DNA of 64,000 nt from Candidatus Latescibacterota bacterium (GTDB lineage: Bacteria > Latescibacterota > UBA2968 > GCA-2709665). The stretch lies in the NCBI GenBank assembly GCA_965237675.1, contig OZ250150.1, forward strand, positions 1,472,001 to 1,536,000, written 5' to 3'. Of the stretch, positions 26,880 to 35,968 are shown piece after piece (within the stretch, counting starts at the first letter, position 1; every line of letters begins with the position of its first letter). Both the position numbers and the translations under genes were made by a program. Below the pieces are notes generated by a model. That model searched no databases and was not told where the DNA came from. It was given only the letters and a program-made list of their open reading frames with translations.

Positions 26880-29372
26880 TTACCTTCCTTCGCTAACCGG
26901 TTCCAACCACTGCCTGATCTGACCGGCCTGCGGATGGCTGGGTTCGAGTTCCAATGTTTTCTCAAAATGAACCCTGGCTTGGTCGCCACGCTTCAAAGCT
27001 CGATAGGCCAGGCCGAGGAGCAGGTGCGCGTTTGCGTGATCGGGATCCAGTTGAATGGCCTTTTGAAAATAGGGGATCGCTTTTTCGTGTTCCCTCATGT
27101 CGTAGTACGTGTCGCCGATGTTCAGATAGGTCATCGCGTTCGCCTGGCCTCCCTGAAGCTCGAGCGCTTTCTCCAAGTGTTCAATGGCCTCCGGGTAACG
27201 GCCCCTGGCTCTGTGAATCAATCCGAGATTCCTATGAGCCCGGGCATGGTCGGGTTGCAGTTCCAGGGCTCTTTCAAGGTATTGGATACCGGTGTCGTAC
27301 CGGCCGATTATGCCGTAGACAGCACCGAGGTTCGCATGGGCAGCGGCGTGTTCGGGTTGGATAGCAACCGCTTCTTTAAGGAGTTCGATCGCACGGTCGT
27401 TCTGCCCTGCGTCACTGCAGGCCAAGGCGAGGTCCACCAATGTGCGGGTGTGCCGGGGCCGCAACGTGTTGGCTTTTTCAAGGTGAAGGATCGCCCTGGC
27501 GTGCTGCCCCGCGAGGCGGTATGCCCTGCCCAGATTACCGTGAGTGGTGGCGCTTTTCGGTTGTAGCACGACGGCTTTTTGGATGTGTTCAATGGATTTG
27601 GCGAGTTGCCCGGTTCTTTGGAATAATGCGCCGAGGTTCATATGTGCATTAGTTAAATCGGGTTGCAGTGCGATGGCCCTCCTGGTGTATTCGATGGCTT
27701 TTTCGACCTGGCCCATATCGCTATAGGCGGCGCCGAGGTTCATATATGGAAGGGCGAGGTCCGGGCGGAGGTTGACAGCTTCCTTGTAGTATTCAATCGC
27801 ATTGGCGGACTGCCCCGTTTCTCGGTACACGTTCCCCACGACCAACCAGCGATTGGGATTCGTCGGGTCGGCGTCAATCGCTCGCTCGTATGCATAGAGC
27901 GCTGCGGTAGTGTTCTGTTGCCGGCCATGGTATTTGCCCAGGGTTATCCAACCGTTAACGGCGGAAATGCCGGTGAGCCGGTTTACCAGGTGGACGAATC
28001 GGTCTTCAGCCGGCCCGGCACTGGCGTTGAGGCCGATCCAAAAAAGTGTATGGAACGCCGCCGCCCCACACAAGAGGAAGGCACTATGGAAGAGCGGTTC
28101 ACGAGCGCGGATGCGTGCCATGAGCGCTGTGGATACCCATAGAGTCAGGGGCAGCGCCGGCAGCGAGAAAATGTCCCAGTCTCTAAAGACACCGATTTCC
28201 GGTCTCGCGAGGAACGTGAAGAAGAGAGGGAATACGGCGGCGATGAGGAGAAAGGGTTGATGACGGAGGTCTCTCTTACGAAGCAGGGCGCAGGCCATAC
28301 AAGCAACGGGGGCCGTGAGCAATTGTTGGTTCAGAAAGTCGAGGAAATGCTCGAGCGAGAATATTCGGTATTGCGACTGAAGGCCCGGTTCCGCAAATAG
28401 TGGCAAGAAATTTCTGCCGCCCATCCGACCCACGTAATCTTCGAAACCGATTCCGCTCAGCCCGAGCAACACGGCGGTACTCACCGGCACGCAGCAAAGG
28501 GCTGCGACGGTGGCGGCGGTGTTTTTCCAGGATGGGCCGGCATCCTGCCGGTGGTGCCACGTGCGGTACGCGAGGAAGAGCAGGGACGGTCCAAAGACGG
28601 CGAACGCCTGGTGAAGGGCGAGCAGCATGCCCAAGACGAGCGCGGGGGCGTACAGGGACAACCGGTACCTAAGTGTGTACAGGCCCATGAGGAGGTAGAG
28701 TAAAAGGCCCGGAATGTACAGGGCGTAATTCTCCACGTACCCGAAGAAAAGCTGCATATATCCCGCCGTGAGCAGGACGGCCAGGACGACGGACTTCTCC
28801 TGCTTGTTTTTTCCGAGGGCGGCGGCGACCGGAAAGCTGAGCAGGACATAGAGTACGCCGGACGCATAGCTGTAGATTCGGTACGTGTTCTCGGCGGTCT
28901 CCCAGAAGGCCCGACCCGCATGATGCATGGCACGGATCAAGGCGAAGCTGAGCGGCGCCCGGGACTGATCCTGCAAGGTATCCGCTTCCAGTTTTCGAAG
29001 CAGGAGATAACCGTCACCCAGGAAATGGCGGGCGGAGGAAAGCGCAATAAAGGCGGCGAAGGCGAGGAGTACAGCCAGGGTTCGGGTGACCCACACGCGC
29101 CGGCCGCCATCCCAGAGTGCGATCGGGAAGGCGTCCACCCATGAGCGGATTCGACGGCGTAAACTGGGAATAAACAGCAGGACGGCCAGCAGAATGAAGA
29201 GGCCCTGGATTGGTCTGGACATATAGAAGAGGAAGTCGACACCCCAGGAGGGATTGGGCTGCCAGAAGACCACCAGGAGGTGCAAACCCAGAAACACGGC
29301 GGCAACGATGGCGGGTTGTGAGAGCTTTCCCCGGCGTGGATGGTTTGATTTTGAAGGACGTTCTTTGCTCAA
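26880..29372 (-). CDS. Multi-pass membrane protein with C-terminal TPR array, copy A
   Basis: Paralog of 21770-24277 with a nearly identical TPR region. Confidence 0.88.
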   Translation of the reverse strand: MSKERPSKSNHPRRGKLSQPAIVAAVFLGLHLLVVFWQPNPSWGVDFLFYMSRPIQGLFILLAVLLFIPSLRRRIRSWVDAFPIALWDGGRRVWVTRTLAVLLAFAAFIALSSARHFLGDGYLLLRKLEADTLQDQSRAPLSFALIRAMHHAGRAFWETAENTYRIYSYASGVLYVLLSFPVAAALGKNKQEKSVVLAVLLTAGYMQLFFGYVENYALYIPGLLLYLLMGLYTLRYRLSLYAPALVLGMLLALHQAFAVFGPSLLFLAYRTWHHRQDAGPSWKNTAATVAALCCVPVSTAVLLGLSGIGFEDYVGRMGGRNFLPLFAEPGLQSQYRIFSLEHFLDFLNQQLLTAPVACMACALLRKRDLRHQPFLLIAAVFPLFFTFLARPEIGVFRDWDIFSLPALPLTLWVSTALMARIRAREPLFHSAFLLCGAAAFHTLFWIGLNASAGPAEDRFVHLVNRLTGISAVNGWITLGKYHGRQQNTTAALYAYERAIDADPTNPNRWLVVGNVYRETGQSANAIEYYKEAVNLRPDLALPYMNLGAAYSDMGQVEKAIEYTRRAIALQPDLTNAHMNLGALFQRTGQLAKSIEHIQKAVVLQPKSATTHGNLGRAYRLAGQHARAILHLEKANTLRPRHTRTLVDLALACSDAGQNDRAIELLKEAVAIQPEHAAAHANLGAVYGIIGRYDTGIQYLERALELQPDHARAHRNLGLIHRARGRYPEAIEHLEKALELQGGQANAMTYLNIGDTYYDMREHEKAIPYFQKAIQLDPDHANAHLLLGLAYRALKRGDQARVHFEKTLELEPSHPQAGQIRQWLEPVSEGR

Positions 29373-29629
29373 GGGCTCTTTCCTCTCCTGCCGGCGCCTT
29401 ACTGTCCTGGACCGCCACAGAAGGAAGGTTAAAAAAAACCGATGGCCCTGCGTGAAACTGCCGGGGCAGGAACGGCGATGGTACCATATTTAAACCGTCC
29501 GGGCCGGTTGCGTACGTGTCCGGATTCTTCCCGTAGCCTTCCAGATATCAGCCGAATACCGCATCGATACAATTGGGGATACGGTCGGTGTTGTACGGTG
29601 CTTTTCCATGACATTAGCTGTGCATGTAC

Positions 29630-30457
29630 TTACACTCTTGACATGATCCGGAAGACAGATCGGGTCAACCAGAATCTGGGAGACCTGTAGTGTTTCCTGG
29701 CAAAATGGTGCAGGCTTTCAAATAGCATCTTCTTTCGGGGTCGCGGTACGGGGGATCTGCCTCCGTAGTGCACGATCGGAGCCACGGGAAAAAACCAACA
29801 CTGAAATCCGAGTTGGCCAACCCGGTAACAGAGATCCACGTCCTCACAGTACATGAAAAATCGCTCATCGAACCCGCCGACTTTCTTGAAGACGCCTCGG
29901 CGGATCCACAGATAGGCGCCGGTAACCCAGCTTACCTGATGCGGTTTACAATAGCCCACCCAGTGCTGATGAGAAAAGCGTCCCAGAAACGGTCGTGCCG
30001 GCGGCAGGTATTTGAGCAGGCGGCCTAGTCCCATACTAAAAAACGAAGGAAGCGACCCTGCGGATCGCTCCAACTTTCCCCGGTCGTCCAAAACGATACC
30101 CCCAGCGACTCCGCACTGAGGATATTCCTCAAATCTCAGCAATAACTCTGTTATGCTGTCTTCACAGAGTGTTGTATCCGGATTCAGAAAAAGCAGAATC
30201 GGCGAAGTGCAGCGTTCTGCACCAATATTGTTCGCCGTGCCGAATCCGACCGTTTTTTCAATCCGTACCAGTTTAGCCGCAGGGAACTTCCGCTGTACCA
30301 TGTCGGCGGATCCGTCGGTGGATCCGTTGTCCACAACCACGACTTCCAGTGAGTCGAATATGTCATGTTCTTGCAAAGATTCCAGACATGGTTTTAGCCA
30401 TTTCCTGGTGTCCACACTGACAATGACGACGGAGAGCAATGGTGCGGTATCAGGCAA
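29630..30457 (-). CDS. Glycosyltransferase family 2 (WbbL-like)
   Basis: VVDNGSTDGS, FLNPD, GGFDERFFMYCEDVD. Confidence 0.92.
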   Translation of the reverse strand: MPDTAPLLSVVIVSVDTRKWLKPCLESLQEHDIFDSLEVVVVDNGSTDGSADMVQRKFPAAKLVRIEKTVGFGTANNIGAERCTSPILLFLNPDTTLCEDSITELLLRFEEYPQCGVAGGIVLDDRGKLERSAGSLPSFFSMGLGRLLKYLPPARPFLGRFSHQHWVGYCKPHQVSWVTGAYLWIRRGVFKKVGGFDERFFMYCEDVDLCYRVGQLGFQCWFFPVAPIVHYGGRSPVPRPRKKMLFESLHHFARKHYRSPRFWLTRSVFRIMSRV

Positions 30458-30543
30458 AACAGGAGCCTCGAATCAACGTCCGGGAGTGGATTGAAATATA
30501 ATCAGGCATGAGGATCGGATGATTCCCGTTTGCCGTGGACCCG

Positions 30544-31170
30544 TTAGACAACCTCATCTCCGCCTGTCTGTTTCTTCACTGTTTTCAGTTGAAACAAGAT
30601 TTCCCTGGCGGGTATGAGACCGGCAAAAAAGGCCTCATAAAGTTCAGGATAATTATTTGCAATACGCTCAATGCCGATCCATGCGAATACCCTGTTGAAT
30701 CTCAATCGGACGTATTCCTTGCGAAATCTTGTTGGACCGCTTGTCCTGAGCCTAATCTTGCCGGGGTTGTACAGGAACCGCAGGATTCGGTTTATGTACC
30801 CACGTCGGCCGGCGGAAAACGAGAAATAGTCGAATGTCCGACAAGCGAAATGGTGGCAATGTGTAGGATCAGCGTAGGAACCGGACGATGAGAAATGTGG
30901 TGTGGCGCCTTCCACAATCGCACAGTCGACGGTTACCCTCCCAATTTCCTCCATCAGATGAACCGTATCCCATATGTGTTCGATGACGTGGGTCATCTTC
31001 ACCCGTTCAAACACATTGTCCCGAAACGGCAGGTGTGGCCCACTCAGATCAGCCAGAACGTCCGCATCGGATCCGCGCCAGATATCCACACCAACCGCAC
31101 CCTTGGCTTTATTTCGTCCACATCCAAGATCAAGACTCTTCATTTCTCCCTTTCGCATGATCTCTATCAA
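30544..31170 (-). CDS. Class I SAM-dependent methyltransferase domain protein
   Basis: LDLGCG, HVIEH, DPTH. Confidence 0.85.
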   Translation of the reverse strand: MIEIMRKGEMKSLDLGCGRNKAKGAVGVDIWRGSDADVLADLSGPHLPFRDNVFERVKMTHVIEHIWDTVHLMEEIGRVTVDCAIVEGATPHFSSSGSYADPTHCHHFACRTFDYFSFSAGRRGYINRILRFLYNPGKIRLRTSGPTRFRKEYVRLRFNRVFAWIGIERIANNYPELYEAFFAGLIPAREILFQLKTVKKQTGGDEVV

Positions 31171-32357
31171 GCCAACTGACGTTCTTCACGGAATTCAGCC
31201 AGCAGATCCTCATAAACCCGCAGGCTGTCGCGCGCCAGGTTTGCCCAGGAGAGTTGATTTCGCGATACCTGCAGGGATTTTTCGCCGTGCCGTTCCCGCA
31301 GCTCGGGGTTTTCGGCATAGCGCAACATCGCCCGCGCGAGGCTGGCACGGTCATCGGGCGCAAACGGCAGGCCGTTATCCCTTTCAACGAGGTAGGATGT
31401 TGCGAGATGGTCGGGCGCGATGAGAGGACGCCCGCAGCCGAGGATCTCCTTCATGCCGCCCAGTTTGCCCGGCATCACGCCCACGTCGGCGGCATTGTAG
31501 CAGGCGCAGAGGTCGCGTTCGGCCATCCACTTCAGGAAAATCACGGCGCCGTCCACGTTCAGGTCTTTCACCAGGCCGTGAAGTTGCGCTTCGTATTCCG
31601 GGGTTCCGGAGCCGGCGATCGCCAGTCTTGTGGAAGGGCAGCGGCGGTGGATGTCCGCAAAGGCCCTGAAAAAGAGCTCAAATCCCTTGCCCGGCGTCAG
31701 CCGCCCGGAGGTAATGAATACACAGGCATCGTCGGGAACTGCCAATTTACTTCGCCATTCCTTGCGTTTCACCGGATCGGGGCAGAATGTGTCGGTATTG
31801 ATACCCAACGGAAGCAGGTGAACGCTCTCAGGCCGCGCCGCATACACCTCCTTCACGAACTGTTCCGCAAAAGGATTGGACGTGAAGATCATGCTCCCCA
31901 GGCGGCCGAGGTGTCTGCATACCTGCTTGCCAACCCCGAATCGGATGATGTTGCCCGGTCCTGCGGGCAGGTTTCCATTGTCGGAATGGTCATCTCCAAC
32001 ATGAACGAAAAAGGGGCGCTTGAAGAGAACCTGCAGTACGGGAATAAATCTCAATCCGTGGGTGTTAACCACGTCCGGCCGGATTCGGTAGATCACGCGG
32101 TTCAGGTTCCGAAGGTAGATTTGAGCCCGGCTTTTGATGGGCACAATCGAGGGCAACCTCCAGATCCGTACGGCGTCTTCTCTGAATACTCCCTGTGGAA
32201 GCCGGCCCCCGGATTCGGGGTATTTCTTCGGGTGGGGCATTCGATCGCTTGTCAGGATCCACACCTCGTGTCCCAGCTTTGCCTGTTCGTGAGGCAGGAT
32301 ATTATCCTGGTAGCTCAGTCCGGGTATATAGAACTGATTGACGTGGACGATGCGCAT
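31167..32357 (-). CDS. Glycosyltransferase family 4
   Basis: GHEVWILT, SGRLTPGKG, YNAADV, EILGCGRP. Confidence 0.9.
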   Translation of the reverse strand: MRIVHVNQFYIPGLSYQDNILPHEQAKLGHEVWILTSDRMPHPKKYPESGGRLPQGVFREDAVRIWRLPSIVPIKSRAQIYLRNLNRVIYRIRPDVVNTHGLRFIPVLQVLFKRPFFVHVGDDHSDNGNLPAGPGNIIRFGVGKQVCRHLGRLGSMIFTSNPFAEQFVKEVYAARPESVHLLPLGINTDTFCPDPVKRKEWRSKLAVPDDACVFITSGRLTPGKGFELFFRAFADIHRRCPSTRLAIAGSGTPEYEAQLHGLVKDLNVDGAVIFLKWMAERDLCACYNAADVGVMPGKLGGMKEILGCGRPLIAPDHLATSYLVERDNGLPFAPDDRASLARAMLRYAENPELRERHGEKSLQVSRNQLSWANLARDSLRVYEDLLAEFREERQLA

Positions 32358-32514
32358 GAATTCCCTTTAACGAGGCGGATTGGATGTTTTCGCGACGACG
32401 ACCTCCGGTATCACATGGAAACATGGCCCCTTTATGAAGCCGTGCAATCGCTCTGCCATTGTGTCATCTTACAACATCAGTATCTTCCCGCCGTCCCGCA
32501 TCCGGACTGGCCGT

Positions 32515-35500
32515 TCAGTTCCCCGCCACGACGGTTTCGATGTGATCCGAACCAAGGAAGACAATCAAGCCGGCTTTCGCCCCGGTTGCCTTCATATAGG
32601 CGCGAACCTGGTCCCGGTAAATTGCGATCTGTTTCGATCTGAGACTGATGTCGCTCTTCCAGTCCACCACCACGTCGATGCGGCCTTCGTCATCGAAGGC
32701 GACGGCGTCGGCGATGCCCGCCGTAATCGACATCTCCGGCCCATCGGCGTGGCTGTCGTAGACCCAGTACTCGGGAACGAGCCGCGGGCGAAGGGCCGCG
32801 ATCTCGGGGCGTCGAAGAGTACGGATGACCATCTCCGCCATTCCCGCGCTGGATATACGGGACGACGCATCCGGGGAGTCCTCGAGTTCCTGCTGGGCGA
32901 TGAGTTCGGCGCCCCGAGCTTGCAAATAAGCCGAATCATCCGGCGTTTCTCCAGTCAGTACTTCCTCCATCAGCTTGTGCAGGATCAGGCCTCGTTTCAG
33001 CGCGACATTGACGGGGCTCCCGCCGGCTTCTTCTTCAGTGGCTTCCTTGGCCTCCTCCTCCCCGGAAAACACGGCCAGCGGCAATTCCTCTTCGACCTGC
33101 TCCGTATCCTCGTGACGGCTGGGCCTGTGCCAGGTGATCCGCCTCAGGTTGGCGGCGATGAACGCTTTCTCCCGCTGCCAGGTTTCCGTGTCCTGTCGGT
33201 TGGCCATGGGCTCGTCCGCGACAGGCGGCGAGCGCGTGAATCGCTCGGCATCGAAAGCGGGTAGTGAATTCACGTCGATGTCGATCAGGCTCATCCAGTC
33301 CCCCTTCACGCGTTCGCTCTGCCTGGGCAGCAGCAGCAGGTCCCGCGCGCGGGTCAGCGCCACGTACCATAGCCGCACCCGCTCCCGGTTGAGTTCCTCG
33401 ACCTCCTCCAGCATGGCCTCTTCATATTCAGTACCGGCATAGCCCAATATCTTGAAATGGACGGTGTCGTCGCGCCGCCGATAAAGGAACGTATCCAGAT
33501 ACGTGGGACTGGTTGTGGAATTGATCGGGATCACTATGGGCCATTCCAGGCCCTTGGCCGAATGCATGGTGATGATCGAAACCGCATCCGCCGCCGCGTC
33601 GTGACGGCCTTCCACCTGGGCCTCCGCGTCTTCCCACCTCTGCCAGAGCGCTCGCGCGAAGTCTTCAATGCCCCGCGCCGCATAGGGCCGCGCCATTTCC
33701 AATAACAATTCAACGTTGGCCATGGCGCGTTCGGCGCCCCCCCGGTGGCGCGCCATGAGAATCGGACGAACGTGAAGCGCCTCGACCGCCTCCGCGATGA
33801 TCTGGTAGGGCGTGGTGCCGCGGCGTTTCCGGCGCAGGTCTTGCAGGACTTCCAGCGTCTGTTGCAGAACCGGGCTCCGGACCAACGATGGATCGGTATT
33901 GACGTCGAGGCGGACGGCGCGGTCCGCGCAGACAGGCAACGCCAGGATCTCGTCGGCGATCTGCTCTTCGGAAAGGCCAACCAGCGGACCCCGGATCAAT
34001 GCGCCGAACGCCAGCGTGTCGCGGGCGTCGGCGACTGTTCTGGCCACCGCGATCAGATCCTGGACCTCCTGCCGTCGGAAGAAACCCTTGCCCGCCTGAG
34101 TCGCGATGGGTATATCGCCGTCCTCGAGAGCCCGCTCGTAGATCCAGAGGCTGGTACCGGTGGGGGCGAGCAGGGCGATGTCGGAGGCTCGCGCGGGCCT
34201 CGATTTCCCCTCGTCCTTGTCGTAGACGGGATAGGATCCGATCAGCCGCGCTACGACATCGGTGACGACTCTGGCTTCCTCTTCGCGGATTCTTTCGACA
34301 ACCAGCTTACCCTTCGTGTTCCTGTGCGCGTCGTCCAGTGCGATATCGAAGGCCGCGACGCTTGCGCCGATGGTTTCATCGCCCGCCTCGCGCGTCGTCG
34401 TTAGCGGCGTAAAGCCGGGTTGTCCTCGGGACGCATCCAGCAGGCCCTCGAAGTGACTGTTGACGCAATCCAGAATCGGCGCCCGTGATCGGAAGTTGGC
34501 CGTGATGCTGAGGATGGATGCCGGGTCGCGGCTGGAAAGCGCGCGCCTGGCCTCAAGGTACGTCTGCACGTCCGCGCCGCGGAACCTGTAAATCGCCTGC
34601 TTGGGATCGCCCACCAGAAAGAGCGCGCCCGGACAAATGGCGCGTTCCTGCCAGGGTGTCTTCGGATCCCCCTCTCCGGCCAGTCGCCAGACAATTTCGG
34701 CCTGTAGCGGATCGGTGTCCTGGAACTCATCCACGAGGATGTGTTGGTAGCGCTTAGACAGGGCACGGCGGACCGGTTCGTTTTCCCGGAGGAGATCCCT
34801 GGCCCGATACAACAGGTCGTCGAAATCGAGCAGAGCCGTGTCGCGCTTGAACTTTCCGTAAAGATCCCGTAGCGCGTCAAATTCCCCAACGAAGCGCTGC
34901 AACGCCATACTGCCGAGGGTGTCGCAAAATGCGCCGTACATCCTGTCGCACGCTTCGTATAGCGCCAGACCCTCAGCGTAAAGGCGTGCCCCATACGCGC
35001 CGCTGCCGCCCGCGGCTTTCGCCGCCCTCTGCCACTTTCCCTTGGCATGCCACTGTTTGAACTTCCTTTCGCCTTTCTTGCAGGCAGACGGCGGGCGATG
35101 ATAGATCAGATCGGCAAGGCCTTCCCCCGGAACAGGACCGGCCTCCGGTGTGTCCGTCTTTTCCGCCACGTCCAGAAGATCATCGATTACCGCGGTTGTG
35201 CCTGGTTCTTCAATACCGGTGTCTCCATACCAGGCCGCGAACGCACGCGCGGCATTGACGAACGCCACCTGGGCTTCCCTATCGACTTCGGAAATGGCCG
35301 CCCGGGCTGTCCGGTGTGTTCTGAGAAAGTGCGCCGCGCCCCGGATCAGGCTTAGCGTCTGATCAGGCGATCTCTGCAGGAGGGAAGCGAAGAGATCTTC
35401 CCCTTTGGCGCCGGAATGCTCAATCGGAGGCATACGCCCCAGGCCGTCGTCGCCCGGGTTCCGTCCGAACCGCGCTGAGAGCCAGGCCTCCACGAGATCC

Positions 35501-35967
35501 TCGAAGACGAGTTCCGCCACGCCGGGATCCATGATGGCGGCGCCGGGATCCTGGCCGGACTCCACCGGATACGGCGCGATCAGTTTCTGGCAGAAGCCGT
35601 GGATGGTGGTGCAGGTCAGTTCATCGAGCGCGCCGGCGCCCTTCTTGAGATTGGCGCGTTGCAGGTCGCTCAGACCGGTCGGCAGGGCAGGGGCAAGCTC
35701 GGGAGGCACAACGCCGGATTCCAGATCCCGTACGATGCCTTCTATCCGTTCCAGAAGCTCGGCAGCGGCCGCTTCGGTGAAGGTAATGGCCGCGATGTGC
35801 TTCGGAGCGATACCGGCGGCCACGAGCAGCGCCGCCCGCCCGGCCATGAGCGCCGTCTTTCCACTTCCCGCGCCGGCCTCGACAAGAAGCGAGCGATGGT
35901 GATGCGTCAGCGCCGTGATGCGCGCCTTTATGTCGGCAATGGGTGCCTGTGGGTGATCGCATGGCAT
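32515..35967 (-). CDS. UvrD/AddA-like SF1 helicase with C-terminal RecB-type nuclease
   Basis: AGAGSGKT, DEFQD, GDPKQAIYRFRGA, TMHSAKGLEW, YVALTRAR; RGLILH..GIAD..VDWKS..QIAIY. Confidence 0.92.
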   Translation of the reverse strand: MPCDHPQAPIADIKARITALTHHHRSLLVEAGAGSGKTALMAGRAALLVAAGIAPKHIAAITFTEAAAAELLERIEGIVRDLESGVVPPELAPALPTGLSDLQRANLKKGAGALDELTCTTIHGFCQKLIAPYPVESGQDPGAAIMDPGVAELVFEDLVEAWLSARFGRNPGDDGLGRMPPIEHSGAKGEDLFASLLQRSPDQTLSLIRGAAHFLRTHRTARAAISEVDREAQVAFVNAARAFAAWYGDTGIEEPGTTAVIDDLLDVAEKTDTPEAGPVPGEGLADLIYHRPPSACKKGERKFKQWHAKGKWQRAAKAAGGSGAYGARLYAEGLALYEACDRMYGAFCDTLGSMALQRFVGEFDALRDLYGKFKRDTALLDFDDLLYRARDLLRENEPVRRALSKRYQHILVDEFQDTDPLQAEIVWRLAGEGDPKTPWQERAICPGALFLVGDPKQAIYRFRGADVQTYLEARRALSSRDPASILSITANFRSRAPILDCVNSHFEGLLDASRGQPGFTPLTTTREAGDETIGASVAAFDIALDDAHRNTKGKLVVERIREEEARVVTDVVARLIGSYPVYDKDEGKSRPARASDIALLAPTGTSLWIYERALEDGDIPIATQAGKGFFRRQEVQDLIAVARTVADARDTLAFGALIRGPLVGLSEEQIADEILALPVCADRAVRLDVNTDPSLVRSPVLQQTLEVLQDLRRKRRGTTPYQIIAEAVEALHVRPILMARHRGGAERAMANVELLLEMARPYAARGIEDFARALWQRWEDAEAQVEGRHDAAADAVSIITMHSAKGLEWPIVIPINSTTSPTYLDTFLYRRRDDTVHFKILGYAGTEYEEAMLEEVEELNRERVRLWYVALTRARDLLLLPRQSERVKGDWMSLIDIDVNSLPAFDAERFTRSPPVADEPMANRQDTETWQREKAFIAANLRRITWHRPSRHEDTEQVEEELPLAVFSGEEEAKEATEEEAGGSPVNVALKRGLILHKLMEEVLTGETPDDSAYLQARGAELIAQQELEDSPDASSRISSAGMAEMVIRTLRRPEIAALRPRLVPEYWVYDSHADGPEMSITAGIADAVAFDDEGRIDVVVDWKSDISLRSKQIAIYRDQVRAYMKATGAKAGLIVFLGSDHIETVVAGN

Positions 35968-35968
35968 C

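Noticed and set aside
21963-27873. DGR template/variable repeat pair
   Set aside because: Both copies lie in full paralogous genes, differences are not adenine-specific, and there is no reverse transcriptase
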